A stretch of 64,000 nucleotides of DNA. Source: Actinomycetes bacterium. GTDB taxonomy: Bacteria; Actinomycetota; Actinomycetes; S36-B12; UBA5976. The translations under genes were made by a program, and so were the position numbers. Positions 35,854 through 45,130 of the stretch are shown here, in pieces. Each line of letters begins with the position of its first letter. Position 1 is the stretch's first letter. The stretch lies in NCBI GenBank assembly GCA_021824095.1, contig JAKALQ010000001.1, positions 2,131 to 66,130 of the forward strand. Direction: 5' to 3'. The notes below the pieces were generated by a model that saw nothing but the letters and a program-made list of their open reading frames with translations, ran no database searches and was not told where the DNA came from.

Positions 35854-36851
35854 GGGAGATCAGCTTCAAGCCGGAGCGGTCGCAGTACGCCTACACGTTC
35901 GGCGGCGTGCGACCGGTCATGACCGTGCAGCCGGGCACACTGCTGCGCCTCTGGTCGGAGGACGCCTTCAACTTCGCGCTGCGCAGCGTCGATGACCTGC
36001 CCAGCCAGAAGGTCGACATCCGCTACGTGAACCCGCAGACCGGCCCCTTCTACGTCGATGGTGCCGAGCCCGGTGACACGCTCGTGCTGCACATCGTCGA
36101 CCTCAAGCCGGCGCGCGACTTCGGCGCGTCGTCCACGATCCCCTTCTTTGGCGGGCTCTCGGCAACGGATCGCACGGCCATGCTGCATGACGCGCTCCCC
36201 GAGGCGACCTGGATCTACCACGTGGACTCGCTGCGCAACGAGGTCGGCTTCCAGTCCCGCTTCGGCGACCTCGAGTTCGCGCTGCCGATCGAGACCATGC
36301 TCGGCACCGTGGGCGTTGCGCCGCCGGCAGGCGAGGTGCGCACGAGCCTCGTCCCCGAGCGCTTCGGCGGCAACATGGACACCCCCGAGATGCGCGCTGG
36401 CACCACGATCTACCTCGGCGTGAACGTCGAGGGCGCGCTCTTCTCCATCGGCGACGGTCACTACCGGCAGGGCGAGGGCGAGTCCTGCGGCACAGCCGTC
36501 GAGGGCGCCATGGACTCCGTCATCCTCGTCGACCTCATCAAGGGCGGTGCGCCCCTGTGGCCCCGACTCGAGAACGACGACCACTGGATGGTCGTCGGCT
36601 CATCGCGGCCGATGGAGGACGCGTGGCGCATCAGCCAGGTCGAGATGGTGCGCTGGCTCAGCGAGCTCCTCGGCATCCACCACATGGATGCCTACCAGTT
36701 GGTGACGCAACTGTCGTTGGTGCCGGTCGCCAACGGTGTCGACACCAACTACTCCGTGGTGACGAAGATCCCGAAGCGGCTTCTCCCACGCACGCATGCC
36801 CATGGGGGCATGCACGACAGGCTTCGCGAGATCGCACGTTCGGTGCGATAG
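35850..36851 (+). CDS. Acetamidase/formamidase (FmdA/AmdA) family amidohydrolase
   Basis: 333 aa with FmdA_AmdA-like N-terminal and central blocks ([34 protein letters not shown]). ATGA overlap with the upstream stop at 35850..35853. Confidence 0.83.
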   Translation: MREISFKPERSQYAYTFGGVRPVMTVQPGTLLRLWSEDAFNFALRSVDDLPSQKVDIRYVNPQTGPFYVDGAEPGDTLVLHIVDLKPARDFGASSTIPFFGGLSATDRTAMLHDALPEATWIYHVDSLRNEVGFQSRFGDLEFALPIETMLGTVGVAPPAGEVRTSLVPERFGGNMDTPEMRAGTTIYLGVNVEGALFSIGDGHYRQGEGESCGTAVEGAMDSVILVDLIKGGAPLWPRLENDDHWMVVGSSRPMEDAWRISQVEMVRWLSELLGIHHMDAYQLVTQLSLVPVANGVDTNYSVVTKIPKRLLPRTHAHGGMHDRLREIARSVR

Positions 36852-36901
36852 CGGAGGAAGACAACCAACACGATCACACGGGGCAAGGGAGGTAGGGAAC
36901 T

Positions 36902-37465
36902 ATGGAGAAGACAGCCAATCCTGCGGTCCTCGGACTGCTCGGCTACGGCATGTCGACGGTACTGCTCAGCCTTGCGAACAGTGGGGTGATCCCGGTCGAC
37001 GGGATGATCATCGCCATGGCGTTCTTCTTCGGGGGCGCCGCGCAGACCATCGTCGCACTCATGAACTTCAGGCTCGGTGACACCTTCGGGGTGGTGGCGT
37101 TCGGCGGCTACTCATTCCTCTGGTGGTCATTCGGCCTCATCAACTTCGGGGCGATGCGCAAGTGGTGGGGGGTCGACTCGGGCGCCATCGGCTGGTACCT
37201 GATCGTCTGGACGGTGTTCACCGTCTTCCTCCTCATCGCATCCTTCGTCGCACCACGCATCCTCACGATCATCCTGTTCTTCACCATGGTGCTCCTCGGG
37301 TCGCTCGGCCTCGGGGCGCTCTCCGGGAGCGCAGGGCTGAGCAAGTTCGGCGGCTACGAGGGGATCATCACCGGGGCACTCGCCATGTACATGGCCTTCG
37401 CTGCCCTCCTCAACGAGATGTGGGGCACAACGGTGCTGCCACTCGGCACACCGATCCGCAAGTGA
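36902..37465 (+). CDS. GPR1/FUN34/YaaH (SatP) family acetate/succinate-type transporter
   Basis: 187 aa, 6 TM, family signature NPAVLGLLGYGMST near the N-terminus. A GGGAGG RBS lies upstream. Confidence 0.85.
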   Translation: MEKTANPAVLGLLGYGMSTVLLSLANSGVIPVDGMIIAMAFFFGGAAQTIVALMNFRLGDTFGVVAFGGYSFLWWSFGLINFGAMRKWWGVDSGAIGWYLIVWTVFTVFLLIASFVAPRILTIILFFTMVLLGSLGLGALSGSAGLSKFGGYEGIITGALAMYMAFAALLNEMWGTTVLPLGTPIRK

Positions 37466-37480
37466 GCATTGGGAGAACAC

Positions 37481-38242
37481 ATGGATCTGGGAATCAAGGG
37501 CAAGGTGGCCATCGTCACGGGTGGCACGAAGGGCATCGGTCGCGCCATCGTCGAGACCTTCGCCAATGAGGGAGCCAACGTGGCCTTCTGCGCGCGCAAT
37601 GCGCAGGAGGTCGCCGAGACCGAGCAAGCACTGCGCGCCAAGGGCGTGCAGGCGAAGGGCACGGTGCTCGACGTCGCGGACGCCGCAGCGTTGCGCGCCT
37701 GGGTGGCAGACACGGCGAGCACCTTCGGTGGCATCGACATGGCCGTCGCGAACGTGAGCGCGCTCGCCATCCCCGATGAGGACGCCAACTGGGAGACCTC
37801 CTTCCACGTCGACCTCATGGGCACGGTGAACCTGTGCAAGGCGGTGATCCCGCATCTCGAGCACAGTGATGTGAAGTCGCTCGTGGCCATCTCGAGCGTG
37901 TCCGGTCGCGAGGCGGACTTCGCGTCCGGCCCGTACGGCACCTTCAAGACGGCGATCATCGGCTACATGGCCGGCCTGGCCCTGCAGTTGGCGGACAAGG
38001 GGATCCGCGCCAACACCGTGTCGCCCGGCAACACCTACTTCCCGGGTGGGGTGTGGGAGAACATCGAGCAGGGCAACCCTGACCTGTTCGGCTTCGCCAT
38101 GGGGCTCAACCCGACGGGACGCATGGGGACGCCGCAGGAGATCGCATCGGGCGTCGTCTTCATCTCGAGCCCGCTGTCATCGCGGACGAGTGGGGCGAAC
38201 CTCCTGATCGATGGTGCGCTCACGCGCGGCATCCAGTTCTAG
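37481..38242 (+). CDS. Short-chain dehydrogenase/reductase (SDR)
   Basis: TGGTKGIGRA cofactor motif, a catalytic S...YxxxK (YGTFKTA) and a PG motif. ATG 37481 has a GGGAGAA RBS. Confidence 0.85.
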   Translation: MDLGIKGKVAIVTGGTKGIGRAIVETFANEGANVAFCARNAQEVAETEQALRAKGVQAKGTVLDVADAAALRAWVADTASTFGGIDMAVANVSALAIPDEDANWETSFHVDLMGTVNLCKAVIPHLEHSDVKSLVAISSVSGREADFASGPYGTFKTAIIGYMAGLALQLADKGIRANTVSPGNTYFPGGVWENIEQGNPDLFGFAMGLNPTGRMGTPQEIASGVVFISSPLSSRTSGANLLIDGALTRGIQF

Positions 38243-38246
38243 GACC

Positions 38247-38290
38247 CAGCAGCGGCAGTGACGCTGCCCCGTGCGTCACTGCCGCTGCTG
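38247..38290 (+). terminator. Perfect 18-bp stem / 8-nt loop hairpin after the SDR gene (candidate terminator without a U-tract)
   Basis: CAGCAGCGGCAGTGACGC-TGCCCCGT-GCGTCACTGCCGCTGCTG begins 5 nt after the stop codon. The two arms are exact reverse complements. Confidence 0.6.
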
Positions 38291-38332
38291 CCTGCCCGAC
38301 CCACGCCAGCCTCCACGTCGTAGGGTGCAGGC

Positions 38333-39520
38333 ATGCGACGCTGGCTCACGCGCAATGTGGCGCTGCTGTCCGGCGTCTCGCTCGCCCAGGATGCCGCGAG
38401 CGAGTTGCTGTACCCACTCATGCCGATCCTGCTCACGAGCGTCCTCGGCGCACCCGCGGCCATCGTGGGTGCCATCGAGGGCGTGGCGGAGGGCGCGGCA
38501 GCGCTGCTGAAGTACCTGTCCGGCCGGCTCTCGGATCGCGTCGGACGCAAGCCCGCGATCGTGCTCGGCTATGGGCTCGCGAGCGTCGGCAAGGTGCTTG
38601 TCGCAGCTGCCGGCGTCTGGCCCGTGGTGCTCGTCGGGCGCGTGGTCGACCGCATCGGCAAGGGCATGCGCGGCACACCGCGCGACGCACTGCTCGTGCA
38701 GGGCGTGGCACCGGGCGACCTCGGCAAGGTGTTCGGGATCCATCGGGTTGCCGACAACCTCGGTGCCGTCATCGGTCCCGCACTCGGCCTGCTCGTGCTC
38801 GTCGCCGCCCGCGAGAACCTGCGTGTCGCCCTGTGGGTGGCCGTGATCCCGGCGCTCCTGAGCGTCGCCCTCACCACCCTGGTCCGCGAGCAGCGCGCGG
38901 GCACCGCCACCACCACGCGCCAGGCTCCCGCACCGTCGCGTGCCCGTGACCTGCCACCCCGCGTGCGCTCACTGGCCCTCCTGCTCGCGGGCATCGCGCT
39001 CGTGAACTTCCCCGATGCCCTGCTGTTGCTGCACCTCGATGAGCTCGGGTACTCGGCCACCGCGGTGCTCCTCGTGTACATGCTCTACAACGTCGCCATG
39101 ACGCTCATCGCCTTCCCCGCGGGCCTCCTCGCCGACCGACTGCCGAAGTCACGCGTGTACGCCATCGGACTGGCCTGCTTCGCCGCGGGCTACCTCGGCC
39201 TCGGCATGCTGCCGGCCGGCCCCATGCTCATCGTCGCCTTCTTCGTGTACGGCGGCTTCGTGGGCATCACCGACGGCGTCGGCAAGGCGTGGATATCGGC
39301 GCTCGCGCCCGAGGGGGTGCGCGGCCACGCGCAGGGGCTGCTCCAGGGCCTCAGTGGCGGCGCCGTGCTCGTCGCTGGGGTGTGGGCGGGCCTGGCCTGG
39401 GACCTCGGCGCCGGGCATGGACGGGTGCCGTTGCTCGTGAGCGGTGCCGTCTCCGCCGTCGGTGCGGTCGTCCTCGTGGCCTTGGGCGCACGTTGGGACG
39501 ACCGGCCGGGACGGCCCTAG
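38333..39520 (+). CDS. MFS transporter
   Basis: 395 aa, about 12 hydrophobic helices, MFS loop motif (GRLSDRVGRKP). Confidence 0.8.
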   Translation: MRRWLTRNVALLSGVSLAQDAASELLYPLMPILLTSVLGAPAAIVGAIEGVAEGAAALLKYLSGRLSDRVGRKPAIVLGYGLASVGKVLVAAAGVWPVVLVGRVVDRIGKGMRGTPRDALLVQGVAPGDLGKVFGIHRVADNLGAVIGPALGLLVLVAARENLRVALWVAVIPALLSVALTTLVREQRAGTATTTRQAPAPSRARDLPPRVRSLALLLAGIALVNFPDALLLLHLDELGYSATAVLLVYMLYNVAMTLIAFPAGLLADRLPKSRVYAIGLACFAAGYLGLGMLPAGPMLIVAFFVYGGFVGITDGVGKAWISALAPEGVRGHAQGLLQGLSGGAVLVAGVWAGLAWDLGAGHGRVPLLVSGAVSAVGAVVLVALGARWDDRPGRP

Positions 39521-39529
39521 GCTCCCCAC

Positions 39530-40006
39530 ATGTTGCGCAAGACCCTCGTTGCCGCCGCCCTTGCCGTCACCCTGCTTGCCGGGTGCGGTACCTCCGAAGT
39601 GACCCTGGGCCAGTGGGTGCAGCAGTCCGGGCTCACGAAGACGCTGCAGTCGCTGTCGACCACCGTCGGGGCCATGGGCTCCGAGCTCAAGACCGTGAAC
39701 CAGCAGGATCCCAAGGCCATCGCCTGGGTGCTCGTGCGGCACGGCAAGGAGATCACGGCACAGGCCCGGGCCATCGCAGCGGAGCCCGCGAGCAGCGACA
39801 CCAACTTCGAGAAGGTGCGCACCGACCTGTCGAACGCCATGTTCGCCTACGCGAAGGCCCTCACCGACCTGTCGAATGCCAAGCAGCAGGGCCTGGTCGC
39901 GGCCATCGGTGCCGCCACCACCTCGCTCACGGCCCTCAACGCCACCATCACCACGCTCACGGACTACCTCACGGCGCACCAGGCGGCGCCCGTCCACGCC
40001 GCCTGA
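39530..40006 (+). CDS. Lipoprotein of unknown function
   Basis: Signal peptide with a lipobox (AVTLLAGC). The mature part is Ala/Thr/Leu-rich and probably helical. No family was recognised. Confidence 0.6.
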   Translation: MLRKTLVAAALAVTLLAGCGTSEVTLGQWVQQSGLTKTLQSLSTTVGAMGSELKTVNQQDPKAIAWVLVRHGKEITAQARAIAAEPASSDTNFEKVRTDLSNAMFAYAKALTDLSNAKQQGLVAAIGAATTSLTALNATITTLTDYLTAHQAAPVHAA

Positions 40007-40153
40007 TCGGCAGCGCCTGCGGGGGTAACCCCGCGTGCGATGCCAGTCCGGAACCATTGGCCCTTGCAAAGCTTCGGCAAATGGCGGTTCCACCTGTGGA
40101 ATGGCGGGACCTTCGGCTTGCCCCGACGGCCCCGCACCTGCTTCCCTGCGAAC

Positions 40154-41089
40154 ATGCGTATCGCGAATGACGTCACCGAACTCGTCGGCAACACCCCACT
40201 CGTGCGGATCAACCGCATCACCGACGGGGCGAAGGCCACCGTCCTCGCCAAGCTCGAGTACTTCAATCCCGCACACAGCGTGAAGGACCGCATCGGCGTC
40301 GCCATGATCGATGCCGCGCAGGAGGCGGGCCTCATCGGCCCCGACACGGTCATCGTCGAGCCCACGTCGGGCAACACCGGCATCGCCCTCGCCATGGTCT
40401 GCGCTGCGCGCGGCATCAAGATCACGCTCGTCATGCCCGAGACCATGAGCAAGGAGCGCCGTGCCCTGCTGCGTGGCTATGGCGCCGAGCTCATCCTCAC
40501 GCCCGGCCCCGAGGGCATGGGTGGTGCGATCCGCACGGCCGAGGAGCTCGTGGCCTCGGATCCGAAGAAGTACCTCATGCCCCAGCAGTTCAACAACCCG
40601 GCCAACCCGGCCATCCACCGGGCCACGACCGGCGAGGAGATCTGGCGCGACACCGACGGCACCGTCGACATCTTCATCGCGGGCGTCGGCACGGGTGGCA
40701 CCATCACCGGCGCCGGGCAGACGCTCAAGGCGCACAAGCCCGGGGTGCAGGTGATCGCCGTCGAGCCGGCCGCGTCCGCGGTGCTCTCCGGCCAGCCCAA
40801 GGGTCCGCACCCGCTGCAGGGCCTCGGCGCCGGCTTCATCCCGCAGAACCTCGACACCCACATCTACGACGAGGTCATCCGCGTCGAGGGCGACGACGCC
40901 TTCGCGACGGCCCGTCGTGCAGCGACGCAGGAGGGCCTGCTCGTCGGCATCTCGTCCGGTGCCGCACTGTGGGCAGCGGCCCAGGTGGCGAAGCGGCCGG
41001 AGAACGCGGGTAAGACGATCGTCGTCATCGTGCCATCGTTCGGTGAGCGCTACCTCTCGACGGCCCTGTTCGCAGGACTCACCGACTAG
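40154..41089 (+). CDS. cysK: Cysteine synthase A (O-acetylserine sulfhydrylase)
   Basis: PLP-lysine block [12 protein letters not shown], and the [20 protein letters not shown] and ISSGAA motifs. The start is taken at ATG 40154 ([17 protein letters not shown]). Confidence 0.92.
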   Translation: MRIANDVTELVGNTPLVRINRITDGAKATVLAKLEYFNPAHSVKDRIGVAMIDAAQEAGLIGPDTVIVEPTSGNTGIALAMVCAARGIKITLVMPETMSKERRALLRGYGAELILTPGPEGMGGAIRTAEELVASDPKKYLMPQQFNNPANPAIHRATTGEEIWRDTDGTVDIFIAGVGTGGTITGAGQTLKAHKPGVQVIAVEPAASAVLSGQPKGPHPLQGLGAGFIPQNLDTHIYDEVIRVEGDDAFATARRAATQEGLLVGISSGAALWAAAQVAKRPENAGKTIVVIVPSFGERYLSTALFAGLTD

Positions 41090-41098
41090 GGTCGCTGC

Positions 41099-41812
41099 AT
41101 GCCCGAGACCCTGCTGCAGCACATCCGCCACGATGTGCGCTGCGTGCTCGAGCGGGATCCCGCTGCACGCAGCGCCATCTCGGTGGCGCTGCTGTACCCG
41201 GGACTCCATGCGCTCTGGGCCCATCGCGTCGCGAACCGTCTGTGGCACAACGGCCACTTCTTCGCGGGTCGCGCCTTCTCGCAGTTCTCACGCTTCTGGA
41301 CGCAGATCGAGATCCACCCCGGCGCCACCGTCGGCAGCGGGGTGTTCATCGACCACGGTTCCGGCGTCGTCATCGGTGAGACGGCGATCGTCGGCGACGA
41401 CGTCACCATCTACCAGGGCGTGACGCTCGGCGGCACCAGCCTCGAGCACGTGAAGCGCCACCCGACGATCGGCGACCGGGTCATCATCGGCTCGGGCGCC
41501 AAGGTGCTCGGCGACATCACCATCGGCAGCGACAGCCGCATCGGGGCCAACGCCGTGGTGACGAAGTCGGTGCCCGCGCACTCCGTCGTCGTCGGCGTCC
41601 CCGGGCAGGTCATCCGCATCGCCGGTCAGGACATCGCCGCGCGTGGCAGTGGCGGCTCCGTGCCCGACCCCGTGGGCAATGCCGTGCACGAGCTGCTCGC
41701 CCGCGTCTCGCGCATTGAGGGTCACGTGCTCGGCCTGCAGGCAGGGCTGCACACCCACGCTGAGAGCGACGGCACCGACTGGATGATGGACGACGTCGAC
41801 TTCGTCATCTGA
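41099..41812 (+). CDS. cysE: Serine O-acetyltransferase
   Basis: N-terminal SATase helical domain (DPAARS..LLYPGLHA...HRVA..L) followed by hexapeptide repeats (IHPGATVGSGVFIDHGSGVVIGETA..). Confidence 0.9.
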   Translation: MPETLLQHIRHDVRCVLERDPAARSAISVALLYPGLHALWAHRVANRLWHNGHFFAGRAFSQFSRFWTQIEIHPGATVGSGVFIDHGSGVVIGETAIVGDDVTIYQGVTLGGTSLEHVKRHPTIGDRVIIGSGAKVLGDITIGSDSRIGANAVVTKSVPAHSVVVGVPGQVIRIAGQDIAARGSGGSVPDPVGNAVHELLARVSRIEGHVLGLQAGLHTHAESDGTDWMMDDVDFVI

Positions 41813-41831
41813 TCCATCGTCCCGGTGACCG

Positions 41832-43001
41832 TCAATCGACCTGCCGGGTGACGCCAGCACCGAGCAGGATCCCGATGCCGAGCACCGACACGAGCAGCAT
41901 CGCCCAGCGCAGGGTGAACGCGTCGGCGAGGAAGCCCACGAGTGGCGGCCCGATGAGGAACGCCGAGTACACGACACCGGACACCACTGCCACCGCCTGC
42001 GCGGGCGCGACGACGTCCGAGTAGCGCTTGAGGGCGAGCGCACCCGCGGCACTGAACACCATGGGCACGACGACCGACACCCCGAGGCCGATGCTGAGCC
42101 ATCCGAGGAGCACCCCGCCGACGCCTCCGATGAGCAGGCCGACGGTGAGGCCGACAGCGGTGACGGCGCCGCAGACGCGCAGCACGTGCGAGCGACCGAA
42201 GCGCTCCGAGAGGGCGTCGGAGGAGAAGCGACCGGTCACCATGGCGCTCTGGAAGGCGATGTAGGGCAGCGAGGCCACGAACGGCGACGCCCCCCACGTG
42301 TCACGCAGCAACACCGCGCCCCAGTCGCCGGCGGCGCCCTCCCCGAGCGCACCACAGAGGCCGACGAGCCCGAGGATCCAGAAGGCGAGCGGGTAGCGGT
42401 GCCGGGTGCCGTGCTCGCGCGGCTCGGGTTCGTGCTGGTCCACCGCGGCCGGCAGGTACAGGGGCCGGGCGATGAGGATGACGCCGATGACGAGCATCGC
42501 CATCACCACACCCTGGGTGAGCAGCGGCAGGCCGAGTGCGGCGAAGCCGCCACCCGTGAAGCCGCCGACGATGCCGCCGATGCTCCACACGCCGTGCAGC
42601 CGTCCCATGATCTTGCGACCCGCCGCATGCTCGATGGCCACGGCATGCGCGTTCTGCGCCATGTCCATCGTGGCGGAGGCGAACATGAAGGCGAACACGG
42701 CGAGCACGAACACCCACACGTTCGGCACCCAGGTGACGAGCGGCAGGAACAGCGATCCGATGAGCGCCGCACGCACGAGCACCGGGGCACTGCCCTGTCG
42801 TGCACACCAGATGCCAGCGGGCCGCAGGGCCGCCCACGCGCCGAACACGGACACGAGCAGCAGCAGTCCGAGACGGCCGTTCGAGACCCCCAGCGTGGCC
42901 TTGATCTCCGGCAGGCGAACGACGATCGACGCCCAGGCGACCGCATTGAGGAAGAAGGAGATGGCCGTGCCGAGCCAGGCGCGACGCAGTTCGCGGGTCA
43001 T
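41832..43001 (-). CDS. MFS transporter
   Basis: 389 aa, 12 hydrophobic segments, no soluble domain. Confidence 0.78.
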   Translation of the reverse strand: MTRELRRAWLGTAISFFLNAVAWASIVVRLPEIKATLGVSNGRLGLLLLVSVFGAWAALRPAGIWCARQGSAPVLVRAALIGSLFLPLVTWVPNVWVFVLAVFAFMFASATMDMAQNAHAVAIEHAAGRKIMGRLHGVWSIGGIVGGFTGGGFAALGLPLLTQGVVMAMLVIGVILIARPLYLPAAVDQHEPEPREHGTRHRYPLAFWILGLVGLCGALGEGAAGDWGAVLLRDTWGASPFVASLPYIAFQSAMVTGRFSSDALSERFGRSHVLRVCGAVTAVGLTVGLLIGGVGGVLLGWLSIGLGVSVVVPMVFSAAGALALKRYSDVVAPAQAVAVVSGVVYSAFLIGPPLVGFLADAFTLRWAMLLVSVLGIGILLGAGVTRQVD

Positions 43002-43065
43002 GCCCCGAGCCTAGGGCTTGCACGTTTCAGTCATCGGCGCCGATGGCCATGGTGGTGGCCGTGCG

Positions 43066-44436
43066 TCAGCACTCGACGACGTTGAGGGCGAGCCCGCCGC
43101 GGGCCGTCTCCTTGTACTTGATCTTCATGTCCTCGCCGGTCTCACGCATGGTCTTGATGGCACTGTCGAGCGACACATGGTGGCGACCGTCGCCGCGAAC
43201 CGCCATGCGGGCCGCGGTGATCGCCTTGATGGCAGCGATGGCGTTGCGCTCGATACAGGGGATCTGCACGAGCCCCCCGACGGGGTCGCAGGTGAGCCCG
43301 AGGTTGTGCTCGATGCCGATCTCGGCCGCGTTCTCCACCTGCTCCGGCGTGCCACCGAGCACCTCGGCGAGGCCCGCGGCAGCCATCGAGCAGGCCGAGC
43401 CCACCTCGCCCTGGCAGCCCACCTCGGCGCCGGAGATCGAGGCGTTCTTCTTGAACAGCCAGCCGATGGCGGTGGCCGCGAGGAAGAAGCGCACGATGCC
43501 GTCGTCATCCGCCCCGCGCACGAACCTGCCGTAGTAGTGCAGCACCGCCGGGATGATGCCCGCTGCCCCATTCGTAGGGGCCGTGACGACGCGCCCACCC
43601 GCGGCGTTCTCCTCGTTCACGGCGAGGGCCCACATCGTCACCCACTCCATCGCGTGGAGCGCGTCGTTGTGCTCGAAGTCGTCACGCAGCTGCTGGAACT
43701 GCTGCTTCGCGCGCCGTCGCACCTGCAGCCCGCCCGGCAGCGTGCCCTCGGTGCTGAGACCGCGCTGCACGCAGGCGCGCATGACATCCCAGACGTGCAG
43801 GATCTCGCTGCGCACCTCGAGTTCGCTGCGACGGCTCAACTCGTTGGCGAGCATGACGTCGCTGATGCGCAACCCCGTCGAACGGCAGATGGCGAGCAAC
43901 TCGGCGGCAGTGGAGAAGGGGTACGGCACCGGGTGCGGGTCCTCGACGAGGTGCGGTGTGCCGGCCTCGTCGCGCTCCACCACGAAGCCGCCGCCGATGG
44001 AGTAGAAGGTGCGCTCCGCCACCAACGCACCATCCTCGCCGAGGGCACGACAGGTGAGGGCGTTGGAATGGAAGGGCAGCGACTTGCGTCGGTGCAGCAC
44101 GATGTCGTTCGCGGGGTCGAGCGCGATGGGTCGCACACCCGCGAGCCACAGTTCGTGGCGCTGCGACACCTCTGCCTCCAGGGCCACGACGGCATCCGGG
44201 TCGACGACCTCCGGCAGGTTGCCGGCCAACCCGGCGATGACGGCCCGCACGGTGCCGTGCCCATGCCCGGTGGCGCCGAGGGAGCCGAACAGCTCCACAT
44301 CGACATGCTGCACGCGGGTGAGCAGGTCGTCCTGACGCAGTCCGGCAGCGAAGTCGTGGGCCGCACGCATGGGTCCGACGGTGTGGGAACTCGACGGTCC
44401 GATGCCGATCTTGAACAGGTCCAGCACACTGATCAT
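43066..44436 (-). CDS. sdaA: L-serine ammonia-lyase (Fe-S type, fused alpha/beta)
   Basis: N-terminus [23 protein letters not shown] and the C-terminal Cys-containing alpha domain ([18 protein letters not shown]). The start is at ATG 44436 with a GGAGTGGAGG RBS. Confidence 0.9.
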   Translation of the reverse strand: MISVLDLFKIGIGPSSSHTVGPMRAAHDFAAGLRQDDLLTRVQHVDVELFGSLGATGHGHGTVRAVIAGLAGNLPEVVDPDAVVALEAEVSQRHELWLAGVRPIALDPANDIVLHRRKSLPFHSNALTCRALGEDGALVAERTFYSIGGGFVVERDEAGTPHLVEDPHPVPYPFSTAAELLAICRSTGLRISDVMLANELSRRSELEVRSEILHVWDVMRACVQRGLSTEGTLPGGLQVRRRAKQQFQQLRDDFEHNDALHAMEWVTMWALAVNEENAAGGRVVTAPTNGAAGIIPAVLHYYGRFVRGADDDGIVRFFLAATAIGWLFKKNASISGAEVGCQGEVGSACSMAAAGLAEVLGGTPEQVENAAEIGIEHNLGLTCDPVGGLVQIPCIERNAIAAIKAITAARMAVRGDGRHHVSLDSAIKTMRETGEDMKIKYKETARGGLALNVVEC

Positions 44437-44535
44437 CAGCCCCACCTCCACTCCTAGGGTAAATGGACCTACCGCATGCGTCACCGGGGCGGCGTCACGG
44501 GGCGACCAGCGGGCCACCCGTTCCACATCGTGGTG

Positions 44536-45129
44536 TCAGTGCGGCACGTGCTGCAAGGCCCAGGCATACATGGCGATCGCCCCCGCGGCGGCCGCGTTGA
44601 GCGAGCGCGTGGACCCGTACTGCGTGATGTGCAGGATGCGTTCGCAGGCGCGCACCGCCTCCGGTGACAGTCCCGGCCCCTCCTGCCCGAGGAGCATGAC
44701 GCAGCCTGCGGGGAGCGGGGCCCCCTCGAGCGGCACACTGCCGGGGATGTTGTCGATACCGAGGATCGGCAGGTCGGCACCGTCCGCCCAAGCGACGAGC
44801 CCGTCCACGTCGGCATGGTGGTGCATCGGCAGGTAGCGGTCGGTCACCATGGCCCCCCGCTGGTTCCACTGCCGACGGCCGACGATGTGCACCCCGGCCA
44901 CGTTGTAGGCATTGGCGGTGCGCACGATGGCCCCGATGTTGCGATCGTGCTGCCAGTTCTCGATGGCGATGTGCAGCGGGTGACGGCGTGCGTCGAGGTC
45001 GGCCTTGATCGCATCGACGGACCAGTACCGGTAGGCATCGACGACGTTGCGCTGGTCGCCGTCGCGCAGCAGCTCGGGGTCGAGCCGTGGATCATCGGGC
45101 CAGGGCAGCGGATGCGGCCCCACTCCCAC
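44536..45129 (-). CDS. SpoU/TrmH-family RNA 2'-O-methyltransferase
   Basis: SPOUT motifs NIGAIVRTA, LLGQEGPGL and SLNAAAAGAIAMY. GTG 45129 lies 1 nt after the upstream stop. The track ORF's first 133 residues were rejected. Confidence 0.78.
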   Translation of the reverse strand: MGVGPHPLPWPDDPRLDPELLRDGDQRNVVDAYRYWSVDAIKADLDARRHPLHIAIENWQHDRNIGAIVRTANAYNVAGVHIVGRRQWNQRGAMVTDRYLPMHHHADVDGLVAWADGADLPILGIDNIPGSVPLEGAPLPAGCVMLLGQEGPGLSPEAVRACERILHITQYGSTRSLNAAAAGAIAMYAWALQHVPH

Positions 45130-45130
45130 C

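Noticed and set aside
40034-40153. Possible riboswitch or leader upstream of cysK
   Set aside because: Only a 6-bp GGAACC/GGTTCC pairing and a short GNRA-capped hairpin (40018..40033) are present, and the hairpin is more likely the lipoprotein gene terminator. I saw no resemblance to SAM or other known riboswitch cores.
39149-41257. 702-aa minus-strand ORF
   Set aside because: It is antisense to the MFS 3' end, the lipoprotein gene, cysK and cysE. cysK and cysE are unmistakable on the plus strand.
44437-44535. Possible glycine-type riboswitch upstream of sdaA
   Set aside because: The 99-nt leader lacks the conserved glycine-riboswitch core elements as I remember them and is too short for the tandem aptamer. 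Only a strong RBS is evident.
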